59,528 bases of DNA from Candidatus Kaiserbacteria bacterium RIFCSPHIGHO2_01_FULL_53_31. GTDB taxonomy: Bacteria; Patescibacteriota; Minisyncoccia; Phycocordibacterales; Phycocordibacteraceae. The first letter of the stretch is position 1; every line of letters starts with the position of its first letter. The stretch spans positions 1 through 59,528 of the forward strand of contig MFKU01000014.1 in assembly GCA_001781095.1 (NCBI GenBank). Direction: 5' to 3'. Below the pieces are notes generated by a model that searched no databases, was not told the DNA's origin, and saw only the letters and a list, made by a program, of their open reading frames with translations. The position numbers were made by a program, and so were the translations under genes. Shown here piece by piece: positions 44,844 to 55,512 of this stretch.

Positions 44844-46373
44844 TTATCGGGCGAATTCAACGACGCGGTTCTCGCGAATGATATTCACTTTTATCTCTCC
44901 CGGATATTTAAGTTCTGCCTGGATACGTGTTGCGATAGAGCGCGCCAGCTTATGCATAGCGAGATCAGTAATTTTTCCCGGATTCACGAAGATGCGTATT
45001 TCCCGCCCTGCTGAAATCGCGTAGACTTTCTCAACGCCTTCAAAGGTGCCCGCGAGGCGCTCAAGGTCGCCGAGCCGTTCGAGATATCGCTCGACGGTGT
45101 CACGGCGTGCTCCCGGGCGGCTGCTTGAGATCGCGTCCGCCACCTGCACGATAACCGCCTCGGGCGTCTCGTAAGGGTACTCGTCATGATGCGACTGCAT
45201 CGCGAGGATAATACGCTTGTCGACGCCGAACTTCTCGAGAATTCTTCGGCCAATTTCGACGTGTGTGCCTTGTACTTCGTGATCAACCGCCTTGCCAATG
45301 TCGTGCAAGAGCGCGCCGGTTCGGGCGATTGAGGGATCGGCGCCGAGCTCGGTCGCCAATATGCCGGCGATATGCGCCATTTCGATGGAATGTTGAAGCA
45401 CATTCTGGCCGTAGCTCGTGCGGAAGTAGAGTCGACCGAGAAGCGCCGTCAGTTTCGGATCGAGTCCAATAACGCCTGCGTCGTACGCAGCCGCTTCGCC
45501 CTTCTGCCGCGTCATATCGGCTACTTCAGCGCGTGTCTTCTCCACGGTCTCTTCAATCTTTGCCGGCTGGATGCGGCCATCCGCAATCAGCTTTTCAAGC
45601 GCGATCTTTGCGATATGGCGCCGCAACGGATCGAAAGAAGAGAGCGTAATCCGATCTGGCACATCATCGATAAGCACGTCGACACCCGTCGCGCGCTCAA
45701 ACGCTTTTATGTTGCGCCCTTCCTTCCCGATGATTTTCCCTTTCACCTCGTCAGACGGCAGTGCGACGAAGAGCGACATAACTTCGGCATTCACGGTATT
45801 GCCCAGCCGATGGATAGTGCTTATGAGGATATCGCGCGCCTTATCCTCGAGGCGTTCACGCCCGTGTGCTTCGAGCTTCTGCAATCGCAGAAGAATAGAC
45901 TCTTCATACACATGTTCAATTTCTGAAAAAAGTTCTTCGCGAGCTTTGTCTTCTGAGAGGTTCGCCACTTTCGCCAATTCCTTCGTGCGCTCTGTGGCGA
46001 GGCTCTCCGCGACGGTTCGCAGATGCTTCGTCTCCTGTTCGTATGAGCGCAGCTCGTTCTCCTTATCATCGAGATCGCGCTGGCGCGAATCGAGAAACTC
46101 CTCGCGCGCGCCGAGGCGCTCTTCTCGCACCGCGAGTTTTTCTTCGCGCTCTTCGATTGGAGCAAGACGTTCCGTCTCAGCGACCTCACTACGAAACTCG
46201 GCATCAGCGATAATCTGTGCCGCGGTCTCTTTCGCCTGGAGCATTTTCTGCTTTATTTCGAGTTCGACTGAGCCGCGTTGAGCGAGCCCGATGAGGACTC
46301 GTAGAACGTAGCCAAGCGCAACGCCACCGACGCCCGAGAGCGCAAGCATTATCAATATTATTTTGAGTGACAT
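44844..46373 (-). CDS. rny: Ribonuclease Y
   Basis: N-terminal TM and coiled coil, KH domain KGKIIGKEGRNI, HD domain RTSYGQN..LLHDIGK, ADAISSSRPGAR. Confidence 0.96.
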   Translation of the reverse strand: MSLKIILIMLALSGVGGVALGYVLRVLIGLAQRGSVELEIKQKMLQAKETAAQIIADAEFRSEVAETERLAPIEEREEKLAVREERLGAREEFLDSRQRDLDDKENELRSYEQETKHLRTVAESLATERTKELAKVANLSEDKAREELFSEIEHVYEESILLRLQKLEAHGRERLEDKARDILISTIHRLGNTVNAEVMSLFVALPSDEVKGKIIGKEGRNIKAFERATGVDVLIDDVPDRITLSSFDPLRRHIAKIALEKLIADGRIQPAKIEETVEKTRAEVADMTRQKGEAAAYDAGVIGLDPKLTALLGRLYFRTSYGQNVLQHSIEMAHIAGILATELGADPSIARTGALLHDIGKAVDHEVQGTHVEIGRRILEKFGVDKRIILAMQSHHDEYPYETPEAVIVQVADAISSSRPGARRDTVERYLERLGDLERLAGTFEGVEKVYAISAGREIRIFVNPGKITDLAMHKLARSIATRIQAELKYPGEIKVNIIRENRVVEFAR

Positions 46374-46496
46374 ACCCGCTTTTTATTAGTTCCATCCCCT
46401 CTTTTGCGAGATGGCTTACGTTCTAGAAATGGGACAAATCTGAGTTCAGCCGAAGCGGTCGGACGGTCGTGCGGTGAGGCTTTGACTGTAGCACAA

Positions 46497-46529
46497 AACA
46501 CCGCGCGCCGCGATCCGGCACGCGGTGTT
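46497..46529 (-). terminator. Intrinsic terminator after clpP
   Basis: The minus strand reads AACACCGCGTGCC..GGCGCGCGGTGTTTT. Confidence 0.6.
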
Positions 46530-46543
46530 CACTCGAGTGTCGA

Positions 46544-47146
46544 TTATGCGTACACCTTATCGATGAGACCGTACTTCTTGGCTTCGTCTGCCGTCATGAA
46601 GAAGTCACGTTCGACGTCTTTCTCGATTTTCTCGAGCTGTTGGCCGGTATTCTTCGCGAGAATCCGGTTCAATCGCTCTCGCAGTTTCAAAATCTGCTTC
46701 GCCGTGATCTCGATGTCGGTTGCCTGCCCTTCTGCACCGCCGTGCGGCTGATGGATCATCACTTCCGCATTCGGAAGCGCGAAACGCTTCCCTTTCTCTC
46801 CGGCCGACAGGAGGATCGCTGCACCCGACGCCGCCATGCCGACACAGACGGTTGATACCGCCGGCTTCACGTGGTTCATCGTGTCCACCATCGCGAGCGT
46901 TGCCGTCACCGAGCCGCCCGGTGAGTTGATGTAGAGAGAAATATCTTTTTTCGGATCTTCCGCTTCGAGAAAGAGGAACTGTGCGATAACGAGGTTCGCG
47001 GTGTCGTCATCAATGACCCCACCGAGGAAGACGATCCGCTCCTTCAAAAGACGCGAATAAATGTCGTAGGCGCGCTCGCCGAACTGGCTCTTCTCGACGA
47101 CCATCGGCACCAGCATCGAAGCGCGAGGATGGGTGTGTGTATTCAT
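46544..47146 (-). CDS. clpP: ATP-dependent Clp protease proteolytic subunit
   Basis: [35 protein letters not shown]. Confidence 0.97.
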   Translation of the reverse strand: MNTHTHPRASMLVPMVVEKSQFGERAYDIYSRLLKERIVFLGGVIDDDTANLVIAQFLFLEAEDPKKDISLYINSPGGSVTATLAMVDTMNHVKPAVSTVCVGMAASGAAILLSAGEKGKRFALPNAEVMIHQPHGGAEGQATDIEITAKQILKLRERLNRILAKNTGQQLEKIEKDVERDFFMTADEAKKYGLIDKVYA

Positions 47147-47159
47147 AGGAATTAATTAT

Positions 47160-47357
47160 TTATAGTGTCTCCTGCTCAGTCGTTGTTGCCGTGTCTATCG
47201 GCCCTTGTGCGACACGCTTGCCCCACGCATAGAACGCACCGACGATGATCATGAGCACGATGATGACGATAGAGATAACTGCGCCCCAGGATTGCTGCTT
47301 AGGCGTTGGCATCACTGTAGGAATCATTACATCATTCACAGAGGGTTCAGAGGTCAT
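47160..47357 (-). CDS. Small single-TM protein
   Basis: WGAVISIVIIVLMIIVGAFYAWG hydrophobic helix; co-oriented with neighbours. Confidence 0.65.
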   Translation of the reverse strand: MTSEPSVNDVMIPTVMPTPKQQSWGAVISIVIIVLMIIVGAFYAWGKRVAQGPIDTATTTEQETL

Positions 47358-47378
47358 AATGGCAGTATACTAATTCGA

Positions 47379-49517
47379 CTAAAAGAAAGCGGCGAGCGTT
47401 GCGAGCAAGAGCAGAGCTACGATGTTCGTGATCTTGATCATCGGATTGATCGCAGGGCCTGCAGTATCTTTGTAAGGATCACCGACGGTGTCCCCCGTGA
47501 CTGCGGCCTTGTGTGCGTCTGATCCCTTACCACCATGATTGCCGTCTTCAATATGTTTTTTTGCATTGTCCCATGCTCCCCCGCCTGAAGTCATCGAGAT
47601 GGCGACGAACAAGCCCGTCACAATGACGCCGAGCAACATAGCGCCGAGCGCATTAAAGGCAGACGATTTCCCGGCTATAAGGTTCACGATTATAAACAGC
47701 GCAACCGGTGATACGATCGGCAGAAGCGAGGGGAGCAACATCTCGTGAATGGCCGCTTTGGTAAGCATATCCACGGCACGACCGTAATCCGGTTTCTGCG
47801 TGCCCTGCATGATGCCGGGCATTTCCCTAAACTGTCGGCGTACTTCTTCTACTACAGCACTGGCTGCGCGACCGACTGCAGTCATCGCCACTCCGCCGAA
47901 CAGATACGGCAAGAGGCCGCCGAGGAAGAGACCGACCACGACCCACGGATCGGTGAGACTAAACGAAGGTACATCAATTCCGGCGAAGAAGGGATACGCC
48001 CCGGAATTGACGAAATATTTCAAGTCCTCTGTGTAGGCGGCGAAGAGGACGAGTGCACCGAGTCCTGCAGAACCAATTGCGTACCCCTTCGTAACCGCTT
48101 TCGTCGTGTTGCCGACTGAGTCGAGGGCATCGGTAACCTTACGGACGTCGCCCTCGAGACCTGCCATTTCGGCAATACCGCCTGCGTTATCAGTCACGGG
48201 ACCAAATGCATCAAGGGCGACAATCATGCCGGCCAATGACAACATCGTTGACACGGCAATAGCGATGCCGAACAGACCGGCGAAAGTGTATGCCGCAATG
48301 ATACCGACACAAATAACGACTGCTGGCATCGCCGTCGCTTCCATAGATACCGCAAGCCCCTGGATGACATTGGTACCGTGACCGGTGACTGACGCCGCGG
48401 CGATTTTCTTGACCGGACGGAAGTTCTTGCTCGTGTAATATTCACTGATCCAGATCAGGGCGCCGGTAACGGCGAGACCGACGACGCCCGCGAAGAACAA
48501 ATCTATGCCGGTAAACGTAAGACCTCCTGTCGTTGTAAGCGGCGCAGTTAATCCGCCTGGAATCAGTTTATTCATGAGCGGCCACAGTCCGATGAGAGAT
48601 AAAACACCGGTTGCTATGACTCCCTTGTAGAGGGCGCCCATGATGCTCTGTTTTGCGCCGAGTCGTACAAAGAACGTGCCGACAATGGAAGTCAGAATGC
48701 ACATGGCGGCGATGGCGAGCGGCAGGAGCATAAGCGCACTCTGTAGGTCGCCCGTGAAATAGATCGAGGCGAGCACCATCGTGGCAACCGTGGTCACCAC
48801 AAAGGTCTCAAAGAGGTCCGCTGCCATGCCGGCGCAATCGCCAACATTGTCGCCAACATTGTCAGCGATGGTTGCAGGATTGCGCGGATCATCCTCAGGT
48901 ATACCCGCTTCTACCTTGCCTACCATGTCGCCACCCACGTCGGCTCCCTTGGTAAAGATGCCGCCACCGAGGCGGGCGAAAATAGAAATGAGCGAAGCGC
49001 CGAAACCGAGCGCGATGAGTGAGTCCTGGATTACGCGGGCTCCTGCTGTCGAAGCGCCATCCAGTCCAAGACCGTACATCATGAAGGCATAGTAGCCGGC
49101 AACACCAATGAGCCCGAGACCAACCACAAGAAGACCGGTCACCGAACCTGCGCGAAATGCCAGCGTGAGTCCTTCAGCGAGGCCTTTGCGCGATGCCTCT
49201 GCAGTACGCACGTTGGCGCGCACGGAAACATTCATGCCGATATAGCCGGCAGCTCCGGAAAGTCCTGCGCCAATCAAGAAGCCCACGCCGACTTGCCACC
49301 CGAGGAAACAGGCAAGCACAAAAATAACTGCACCGACGATTGCAATCGTAGTGTATTGGCGATTCAGGTACGCCTTCGCCCCCTCTTGGATCGCTGCAGC
49401 GATCTCTTGCATGCGCGCATTCCCCGGACTCTTCGACATGACGGACTGTGCTGCCCATCCGCCATAAAGAAGCGCTGCAACTCCGCACGCGAGTATAAGT
49501 CCGAGTACTGTAATCAT
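47379..49517 (-). CDS. hppA: Membrane-bound H+-translocating pyrophosphatase, probably K+-independent
   Basis: [38 protein letters not shown] (Lys variant), [14 protein letters not shown]. Confidence 0.95.
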   Translation of the reverse strand: MITVLGLILACGVAALLYGGWAAQSVMSKSPGNARMQEIAAAIQEGAKAYLNRQYTTIAIVGAVIFVLACFLGWQVGVGFLIGAGLSGAAGYIGMNVSVRANVRTAEASRKGLAEGLTLAFRAGSVTGLLVVGLGLIGVAGYYAFMMYGLGLDGASTAGARVIQDSLIALGFGASLISIFARLGGGIFTKGADVGGDMVGKVEAGIPEDDPRNPATIADNVGDNVGDCAGMAADLFETFVVTTVATMVLASIYFTGDLQSALMLLPLAIAAMCILTSIVGTFFVRLGAKQSIMGALYKGVIATGVLSLIGLWPLMNKLIPGGLTAPLTTTGGLTFTGIDLFFAGVVGLAVTGALIWISEYYTSKNFRPVKKIAAASVTGHGTNVIQGLAVSMEATAMPAVVICVGIIAAYTFAGLFGIAIAVSTMLSLAGMIVALDAFGPVTDNAGGIAEMAGLEGDVRKVTDALDSVGNTTKAVTKGYAIGSAGLGALVLFAAYTEDLKYFVNSGAYPFFAGIDVPSFSLTDPWVVVGLFLGGLLPYLFGGVAMTAVGRAASAVVEEVRRQFREMPGIMQGTQKPDYGRAVDMLTKAAIHEMLLPSLLPIVSPVALFIIVNLIAGKSSAFNALGAMLLGVIVTGLFVAISMTSGGGAWDNAKKHIEDGNHGGKGSDAHKAAVTGDTVGDPYKDTAGPAINPMIKITNIVALLLLATLAAFF

Positions 49518-49542
49518 AGGTATGATTGATTATGTTTTAGTA

Positions 49543-50928
49543 TTATAGATCTTTTGCCACATCGCGATCTTCTTCTTTATCCGCGACGGTCTCATCGCTG
49601 TTCGGAAGGATTGTCGTCTCTTCTTCCGCGGGGAGTCCGGTCTTTTCTGTAGTTTCTTCAGTGGCGATTTCTGAGCTTTCCGTCGGAGCAACTCCTGCTT
49701 CAATAGCCGGATCCACGGCTCCATTTCCTGTGCCTTGACCCTCCTCGTCAGCCGACATGGCGACGGATTCGCCATCGGATCCTGCTACTTCGCCGCCGCC
49801 AGCAGAGACGATGTCGATGTTCCATCCAGTGAGCTTCGCGGCGAGCCGCACGTTCTGGCCGCCGCGTCCGATCGCTCGTGACTGCTCATCCTCGCTCACG
49901 GTCACCATGGCGCGATGCCCTTCTTCGTCGAGCGTGACATCGAGCGGAATTGCTGGAGAAAGTGATTCCTTCACGAACTCCCTCGCGTCATCGCTCCACT
50001 CGATAATATCGATACGCTCGCCGCCTAGCTCGCTCATGACGGTCGAGACGCGGACGCCGCGCTGACCAACGAGAGAGCCGACGGGATCGACGTGAGGATC
50101 AGTCGAGACGAGCGCTATCTTGGTGCGGCTGCCCGGTTCGCGCGCAAGCGCCTTCACTTCGATGGCGCCGGTTGCGAGCTCGGGTGCCTCGATCTCGAAG
50201 AGCTTCACAACGAACTTCGGATGCGCGCGTGAGAGTCGCAGATACACACCGCGGAATCCTTCGTCCACGGCGTAGAGATACGCGCGAATACGCTCGCCCA
50301 TGCGGTACCGCTCGCCCGGAATCTGCTCCTCGTAGGGAATGATTCCCGTGGTGCGGCCAAGATCGACGAAGATCGCACCGCGCTCCATGCGCTGCACGAT
50401 GCCGCTCACAATCTCGCCTTTCTTCTCGCCGAACTCCTCCATCATCGAGAGCTTTTCTGCCTCGCGCACCTTCTGGATCACGACTTGCTTCGCGGTTTGT
50501 GCGGCAATGCGGCCGAAATCATCCTGCGGCTCGAGCGCGAAAATGATCTCATCACCGAGCGCTGCGCCGCGTTTAATGAGTTTGGCATTGGAAAGAAGAA
50601 TGTGCTTCTCGCTGTCGAAGCGCGGCAACTCTCCTTCCGCAAGCTGCTCTTCTTCTGCGTGGAATGAATGGAGGCGTGTTCCGAGCTCTTCCTCACCTTC
50701 TTTCGGGAATCGCGCCGTTGTTTCATCGACGACGGCCTTCACTTGTTCAAAAGAAACGGTGCCAGTATTCAGGTCGAGCTTCGCACGCACGACTTGGCCG
50801 CGCTTGCCGTATTCCCTCTTATACGCCGTCGCCATCGCACTTTCGATGGCATCGATCATAGTCTCGCGGCTGATTCCGCGAGTTTCGAATTCTCCGAGCA
50901 CCGTGTTGATTGTTTTCAGGTCGATCAT
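49543..50928 (-). CDS. nusA: Transcription factor NusA
   Basis: FGRIAAQTAKQV, AREPGSRTKI, GQRGVRV, AIGRGGQNVRLAAKLTGW. Confidence 0.97.
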   Translation of the reverse strand: MIDLKTINTVLGEFETRGISRETMIDAIESAMATAYKREYGKRGQVVRAKLDLNTGTVSFEQVKAVVDETTARFPKEGEEELGTRLHSFHAEEEQLAEGELPRFDSEKHILLSNAKLIKRGAALGDEIIFALEPQDDFGRIAAQTAKQVVIQKVREAEKLSMMEEFGEKKGEIVSGIVQRMERGAIFVDLGRTTGIIPYEEQIPGERYRMGERIRAYLYAVDEGFRGVYLRLSRAHPKFVVKLFEIEAPELATGAIEVKALAREPGSRTKIALVSTDPHVDPVGSLVGQRGVRVSTVMSELGGERIDIIEWSDDAREFVKESLSPAIPLDVTLDEEGHRAMVTVSEDEQSRAIGRGGQNVRLAAKLTGWNIDIVSAGGGEVAGSDGESVAMSADEEGQGTGNGAVDPAIEAGVAPTESSEIATEETTEKTGLPAEEETTILPNSDETVADKEEDRDVAKDL

Positions 50929-51042
50929 ATGGGCTGTGTATGTAGCACGTTTTTATAAAAACTTCTCGCACGCAAATCGAAGTTGTCCACAAGATACCAG
51001 ATGCTCGCACCTATGTCAAATCACCCTATTTTTGTGCTTGCA

Positions 51043-51181
51043 CTTCGAAGCTCCGTCGGCGGAGCGAAGTAGTGCGGGATAGGAGAATCGGACTCCTGTT
51101 CTCAGTTTGGAAAACTGATGTTCTACCATTAAACTAATCCCGCTTCGCCCTTCGAAGCTCGCCCATGCGAGCGAAGTAGGG
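51043..51181. repeat. Two CTTCGAAGC..GCGAAGTAG hairpin repeats flanking tRNA-Gly(TCC); a third copy at 52918-52951
   Basis: Copies at 51043-51072, 51150-51181 and 52918-52951 share their ends and differ in the internal hairpin. Confidence 0.65.
51073..51143 (-). tRNA. tRNA-Gly(TCC)
   Basis: Reverse complement GCGGGATTAGTTTAATGGTAGAAC..TCAGT-TTTCCAA-ACTGA..ATCCCGCA. Confidence 0.9.
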
Positions 51182-51296
51182 CCTTCGCTGAAGCTACGGC
51201 GGGCACGCCCGCTTTCACTCGTGTCCCGCCGAAGCCCGTAATCGGGCGAAGGGGGATGATGCGAGGATACCATTTTTGCGTTACCGTAGAGAAGTC

Positions 51297-52367
51297 ATGG
51301 ATCGTGTAGCGCCATATCTTGGAATCGTTGCCGCGCTTGGCGTATTCTTTTTTGTCATCACGCATGTAGGCGTCGCGATACCGTCGCCCTCGAATATGAC
51401 GGCCATCGTTGGTTCTTCCCAGGCAGAATTGACTTCTCCGACGCAAGAAATATCGTCAGACGTCGCAACCACGTCATCCTCCAGTGAGCAGGCGGTACCC
51501 GTGAAGGCCTCGACAGCTCGAACAGTTGATCCCGCCAAGCTTCATGCCGCAGCATCGAAGTTGAACAGCGCTCTCGTAAACATTATTTGTTTCGCTCCCA
51601 AGAAAAGCGGCGTACATTCTATCTCGGGGAGCGGTGTCATCGTGAGCAAGAACGGGCTCATTCTCACGAACGCCCACGTGGCGCAGTACCTCCTTCTTGT
51701 CGATCGCGGCGTGTCCTGCGATATCCGTACCGGGAGCCCGGCGACGAGCACCTATCGTGCTGCGCTTGCTTATATTCCAACGGCTTGGGTTCAAGAGAAC
51801 AGCGCTGTTCTTACGACGGAACTGCCGAGAGGTACGGGCGAGCGCGATTTCGCCTTTCTCGCTATCACCGAGAGTACACAAGCGTCGAGTACTCTCCCGA
51901 GCGCTTTCCCCTACGTCCCTCTCTCGAGCGCGGCACCAGTCGAAGGAACTCCGGTCGCAATTGCCACGTACGGAGCGCAATTCCTCGAAGCGAGACAGAT
52001 TGCCTCCGCGCTCTTCCCTACCATTGTCCTCAGTACCGTGAAGGGCGTTTTTACGTTCTTAGACAATACGATAGATGTCATCACCCTCGGCGGTTCGGCG
52101 GCGGCGCAGGAAGGATCATCGGGCGGAGGTGTTGTCGATGCGAACGGAAACCTCGTAGGAACGATAACGACGAGTACCGTGAAGGGTTTACTCACCGATC
52201 GCTCGTTGAGCGCGATTACTGCCGCATATATCCGCACCGAATATGCGCGTGAGACGGGGCAGCCACTCGATGTGTTCCTCACTAAACCGACCGTGACTGC
52301 CGTTGCCGACTTCGCTCCTCAAGCGCCCGCACTCGAAGCACTGCTAGTGGGTGCTCTTAGGAGGTGA
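51297..52367 (+). CDS. Membrane-anchored trypsin-like serine protease
   Basis: SGSGVIV, LTNAHV (His), DFAFL (Asp), GSSGG (Ser). Confidence 0.85.
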   Translation: MDRVAPYLGIVAALGVFFFVITHVGVAIPSPSNMTAIVGSSQAELTSPTQEISSDVATTSSSSEQAVPVKASTARTVDPAKLHAAASKLNSALVNIICFAPKKSGVHSISGSGVIVSKNGLILTNAHVAQYLLLVDRGVSCDIRTGSPATSTYRAALAYIPTAWVQENSAVLTTELPRGTGERDFAFLAITESTQASSTLPSAFPYVPLSSAAPVEGTPVAIATYGAQFLEARQIASALFPTIVLSTVKGVFTFLDNTIDVITLGGSAAAQEGSSGGGVVDANGNLVGTITTSTVKGLLTDRSLSAITAAYIRTEYARETGQPLDVFLTKPTVTAVADFAPQAPALEALLVGALRR

Positions 52368-52400
52368 TTTAATATAGGAAGTTACTTAAAATACATAATT

Positions 52401-52817
52401 ATGTTTTTCAATAAAGAATCATATTCGAGAGAGGGGTACGAAAAAGCTCAGGAAGAGCAAAGAGAGGTTTCAGGAAATTTGGCAGAAGTCGTAGAAGAAA
52501 CTGGACAGTTTCCTGAAGAGAAAGACAAACAGAAGCGGTTAGACGCTGCACATAATTCATACGAAGCAGCAGGGGCGAAACTCGATCAATTGTTGAAAAG
52601 CGGCGCTAAGGATGCAATCGAAATCGATAAGGAGTACGACTTACTAATGAGTAAGAGAGACGATGCCGAAGATAAATTTGATTCAGCCAAGAAAGCATAT
52701 CTGGCGGCACAACAAGAATACAAAGCAGTTACTGAAGAACTTGAGGATTTCAGACGGGTTAAATTAGGAATTGACGAGCCTATTACTCTGGGAGAAGAAC
52801 GCGAAGTCCTGCAATAG
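52401..52817 (+). CDS. Acidic coiled-coil hypothetical protein
   Basis: 138-aa E/K-rich ORF, lower GC, converging on the 3' end of tRNA-Pro. Confidence 0.7.
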   Translation: MFFNKESYSREGYEKAQEEQREVSGNLAEVVEETGQFPEEKDKQKRLDAAHNSYEAAGAKLDQLLKSGAKDAIEIDKEYDLLMSKRDDAEDKFDSAKKAYLAAQQEYKAVTEELEDFRRVKLGIDEPITLGEEREVLQ

Positions 52818-52839
52818 GCATCCTTGTAACGCAATTCTG

Positions 52840-52910
52840 TCGGGGCGCCGAGAATCGGACTCGGTCTACTTGCTCCCAAAGCAAGTGTACTACCGGTATA
52901 CTACGCCCCG
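52840..52910 (-). tRNA. tRNA-Pro(TGG)
   Basis: Reverse complement CGGGGCGTAG..CTTGC-TTTGGGA-GCAAG..CGCCCCGA. Confidence 0.88.
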
Positions 52911-52970
52911 CTGTGCCCTTCGAAGCACGCCAGCTGGCGAGCGTAGTAGGGTTATTGCACTGTAGCAGAT

Positions 52971-53366
52971 TCAAACCAGTTGCGGCAGGTAGCAGACGCG
53001 CGCGATGCCATCGCGGCGCCGTAGCCAGACGAGGCAGCCGTCCACCTGCCACTCCCCTTCCCACTTTTTCTCAAGGACATACCATTCTCCCGTTCGAGAA
53101 ACCTTCCGTAGCTTCGCCGCGTGCAAATTCAGCGACGGATCATAGTTGTCTTGCGTCGATTGCTTAACGGGAAATTCTTCTACGAGAATCGTCTTAACCT
53201 CAACGAAATGCAGTGTCCCCTGCTCCTCTGCGATGATGTCCAGCTCCCCTGTTTTACGTGCAAAGTTAGTGTCGAGAATGCAAAATCCGTGTCTCACAAG
53301 GTATGCCGCAGCGACCTTTTCGCCTAGGGCGCCTACTTCTTTACGGCTTTTATCTGTTAAGTCCAC
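52971..53366 (-). CDS. yraN: YraN (UPF0102) family nuclease-like protein
   Basis: GALGEKVAAAYL..GELDIIA..LHFVEVKT. Confidence 0.88.
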   Translation of the reverse strand: MDLTDKSRKEVGALGEKVAAAYLVRHGFCILDTNFARKTGELDIIAEEQGTLHFVEVKTILVEEFPVKQSTQDNYDPSLNLHAAKLRKVSRTGEWYVLEKKWEGEWQVDGCLVWLRRRDGIARVCYLPQLV

Positions 53367-53518
53367 GACTTTTTTGAAAATGGCTTATTTACTTGATATT
53401 CTTTAAGACCGTATGTGAACAATCATAACAGACTTCTGTCCTTTATCCACTCTGCTAACAGCTTTGTCCACTACTATTGTCTTCCACAAAATGAATTTGT
53501 AGATAATAATATAGGTAC

Positions 53519-53950
53519 ATGACGTGGACGCCTGAACGGAGGAAAGAATATCAAAAAGAATATCTAAAGAAGAGAAAAGCTGCTTGTAAAGCAAGAGGGA
53601 TTTGCCCTAACTGTGAGAAAAATCCAGCTGCCAATGGAAAAACATGCTGCCAAGATTGTCTCAACGACAAAAAATTGACACTGCAATTTGGTACGGCCGG
53701 ACCATATAGACAGCTATATGCTGAACTATTTGAAAGGCAAGGCGGATTATGCGGAATTTGCCGCAATCCAATGCAAAGGCCAGTTCTTGACCATTGCCAT
53801 AAAACATTGGCTGTAAGAGGTTTACTATGCTCGAACTGCAATAATGGATTGGGTCAGTTTAAAGACAGTCTCGAACTTCTCTCGTCAGCGCTCAAATACA
53901 TTGAAAACAACGCAGGAATTGGCATTTTCATGAAAAGAAACAAGGAGTAA
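53519..53950 (+). CDS. Recombination endonuclease VII domain protein (His-Me finger)
   Basis: QGGLCGIC..VLDHCH..VRGLLCSNCNNGLGQFKD plus an N-terminal CxxC..CxxC; low GC. Confidence 0.85.
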   Translation: MTWTPERRKEYQKEYLKKRKAACKARGICPNCEKNPAANGKTCCQDCLNDKKLTLQFGTAGPYRQLYAELFERQGGLCGICRNPMQRPVLDHCHKTLAVRGLLCSNCNNGLGQFKDSLELLSSALKYIENNAGIGIFMKRNKE

Positions 53951-53988
53951 CTTTACAGTGCTTGCACTAGGAAGTTTTAACGAAGCAG

Positions 53989-54059
53989 TGCGGGTAGGGA
54001 GAATCGGACTCCCATCCTCTGATTGGCAACCAGATGTTCTACCATTGAACCATACCCGC
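53989..54059 (-). tRNA. tRNA-Gly(GCC)
   Basis: Reverse complement GCGGGTATGGTTCAATGGTAGAAC..TCTGG-TTGCCAA-TCAGA..TACCCGCA. Confidence 0.9.
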
Positions 54060-55512
54060 GTGTAGGCGACATCATACCACGCTGTTCACAATTGTTTCTA
54101 GTGTGCGCCGACCCGATAGAAGATCGAACCTATAAGCGAAAATGGCAGTCATTGATACTCAAAATGCTACGTTCCTTCGAATCCGAACGAAGCGATCATT
54201 TTCGCCGGCGGGCCGCTTGATCGACTACCAAGTCCGCATCTGCGTGTACTTTAGCATAGACGAATCGGGCCTCGCTCCAAGACCGGGAACGTTGCCGGAT
54301 GCGTTAGTAACTTCAAGCACACCTAGGCGGCACTGCGAAGACCAACCCGAGTCCAAGCTGGCTGGTCCACTTTACACACCCCCTTTCTGGTCCCCCGCTT
54401 GTTCGCCGCCACTCATTCCAAGCCTTTCTTTTTCAAATATGGCGAGAGCGTTCTGGGCATCCGCCACCGCTGTAGCAAGCCGCTCGCGCTCTTCCTCTAG
54501 AGCCAAGGCATCTCCATGTCTCCATGTGCATCTAAGATCGTTCCACTGAGCGAATGGGAAGTTCGGCAAACGGACTCCATCTTCGATTCTTCGCGTCTCG
54601 TCGCCGGTGTAATTATCCCGGTCAGTTCGGAAGTTCGAATAGAACCCCGGCTACCGGCCATGCACGCTTCAGGCAGTTCTTCCCTTCTCCAGGTGGCGGC
54701 GAGTTCGCGATTGCTCCCGCCATCCGCTTTTAGCGCCGATGTCAGTGTCGCGCTGGTTACTCTCCGCTGTTCTCCATCGTGAGCTGACAATTCACATCCT
54801 CCGCTCGCCTCTTCTACACCAGCAACATCCACACCGCAAGCCACATCTTCCGCCTTGACTTATTGCTCGTACCGACGTACGCTGCCGCAGCGGTAAGCAG
54901 ATATCAGCACGCTGCTAGTGCTGCTAGCAAATCTTCGAGCGAACGGTGCGATAGATGGAGATCAAAATGCACGTCATCAAGTCACCGGAAAACCAAGAAT
55001 GGATTCGAGGCCCGTAAGAAAAAGGGTGGCTGCGTGACCAGCCACCCCGTGACCATAGGTCGACCCCAGCAAAACCGTAGAATGAGGATAACTTATGATC
55101 AAATTAAATCTATCACTCACGCTTAATTATTGCAAGCCGAAGCGTCCGCCGTTTGTCGGGAGACCGCCTTGTCCGGGGCTCGATTCACTTAACTCGATTG
55201 CGCTGGTACGCCGCCTCAACGAACTGCTTCGACAGACACCCCCAGAGAGCCCATGCGGAGAAGGCCGTTGGGCGTTGCCCGGCCACCTGAGCGATAGCCT
55301 GCTTCCGCAGTTCGGCTTCCTCGCCTATGCACCATCGCGACAATTCAATCGGGAGTACTCGACCGGGACTGGTGAACGGTTTTATGGAAGTATTTGAGTA
55401 ATCATATATGGAGTACTTGACGCAGTCGCCATGTATACCTCATACTGACAGTACCGTGCGAAGGTTGCTCACTCCTTCGACCTCGGTAGTGGTAGACGGC
55501 GAACGTCAGCCC

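Noticed and set aside
46374-46495. 6S RNA upstream of rny
   Set aside because: Only about 120 nt remain between the clpP terminator and the rny start, and I cannot see the long rod with a central bubble. It is probably a 5' UTR.
55095-55397. AraC-like remnant (..PSRQFNREYS..)
   Set aside because: The resemblance is limited to about 8 residues, which is not enough without a profile search.
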